Shown here: positions 63,401-64,000 of the stretch, in pieces
Layout: every line of letters starts with the position of its first letter
Position numbering within the stretch: position 1 is the first letter of the stretch
Source: Vermamoeba vermiformis
Lineage: Eukaryota
Length of the DNA stretch: 64,000 nt
Assembly (NCBI GenBank): GCA_045837725.1
Contig: JBEWZL010000302.1
Coordinates: 62,001-126,000, forward strand
Direction of reading: 5' to 3'
Program-made: the position numbers and the translations under genes
Notes under the pieces: generated by a model
Told to the model about the DNA's origin: nothing
Databases searched by the model: none
The model's input: only the letters and a program-made list of their open reading frames with translations

Positions 63401-64000
63401 TTATTAATGGATAAAATTTCACTACAGTAATTCAATTGAATATAATGGTGAGCAATCGCCGAAAGTGTCGCCGTAACTCTGTTCACAGCGATGCTAACGG
63501 TGAAGATCCACCATTATCTCCTTATTGGGGATTAAACCCCGTTTTGGTGCTCTGAAACCCCGTTAGAGAGACTATTTTGGGGTTACAGGCAACCCGTCCA
63601 ATTAATTTTACCCAGATCCGATAATTTTTATCGGGCCTAGACTTTATAAATAAGAGCTATAGGTGCACATTATACTATTATATATATATATATGTTATTA
63701 TGGTGCTAATACTTGGGCCAAGCAAGTACTTGGAGTTGCAAAACCGAGGTCTCGGAGATCTCGTGCAACGAACCGGGATTAGCGACCCCTATAGCAATAA
63801 TACCCCCTAAAACAGGGTTTTAGTAGCCTGTAACGGGGTTTCCGCCCCTGTTACCAAGTTACCGCCAAATTATATTCGATTTGGCCACCATAGTGAAATT
63901 TTATCCAATGTTAATTTATAAGGGCTTATTCGGCCACGAAGAAATCATTGCCGAGGCAAAAAGATTGTTCAAGCAGTATTTGACAGATCCGCAATCGATT
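60482..64000 (+). CDS. M1 family (puromycin-sensitive/ERAP-like) aminopeptidase; runs off the right edge
   Basis: [91 protein letters not shown]. Confidence 0.95.
63409..63906. mobile_element. Non-autonomous TIR element (~500 bp) in an aminopeptidase intron, 3-bp TSD AAT
   Basis: GGATAAAATTTCACTA (63409-24) and TAGTGAAATTTTATCC (63891-906). AAT at 63406-08 and 63907-09. Further inverted subterminal matches (ATGGTGAGCAATCG / CGATTTGGCCACCAT; AAACCCCGTTA / TAACGGGGTTT). Confidence 0.8.

Noticed and set aside
1-64000. tRNA/rRNA genes, autonomous transposase or reverse transcriptase, alternative genetic code
   Set aside because: None recognised. Conserved genes end in TAA/TGA/TAG and translate correctly with the standard code.

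Overview
AT-rich, gene-dense, intron-rich eukaryotic DNA using the standard code with short GT-AG introns. It is probably from an amoebozoan-type protist (inferred from a Slob-type TM-pseudokinase-WH2 gene and Dictyostelium-like Cys-rich GPI proteins). About 30 spliced genes were reconstructed by eye, so exon boundaries are approximate. They include a RhoGEF (partial), Slob pseudokinase, thioredoxin-SHP-UBX, START protein, five F-box proteins, MLO-like protein, DNA polymerase beta, DOHH, a divergent actin, thiolase, three P450s plus a P450 remnant, an NCS-type EF-hand protein, a GT6 glycosyltransferase, an eIF2-alpha kinase and an M1 aminopeptidase (partial). Main highlights: (1) Two unrelated non-coding elements bounded by terminal inverted repeats (1250-1980 and 16918-17519) each carry an array of 11 tiny hairpins. 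The loop is conserved (GYGAT or TTAACG) while the stems differ from copy to copy and remain complementary. A third TIR element (63409-63906) is also hairpin-rich. (2) A class A Hsp40 in which an F-box replaces the J-domain. (3) An intron-containing GT6 (ABO/alpha-Gal family) enzyme with a DXD motif in a protist. (4) Eleven copies of the palindrome TGACACGTGTCA in introns and gene flanks. (5) CYP51-like P450 duplicates with a CYP7-type I-helix. Several homopolymer-garbled patches look like assembly errors.
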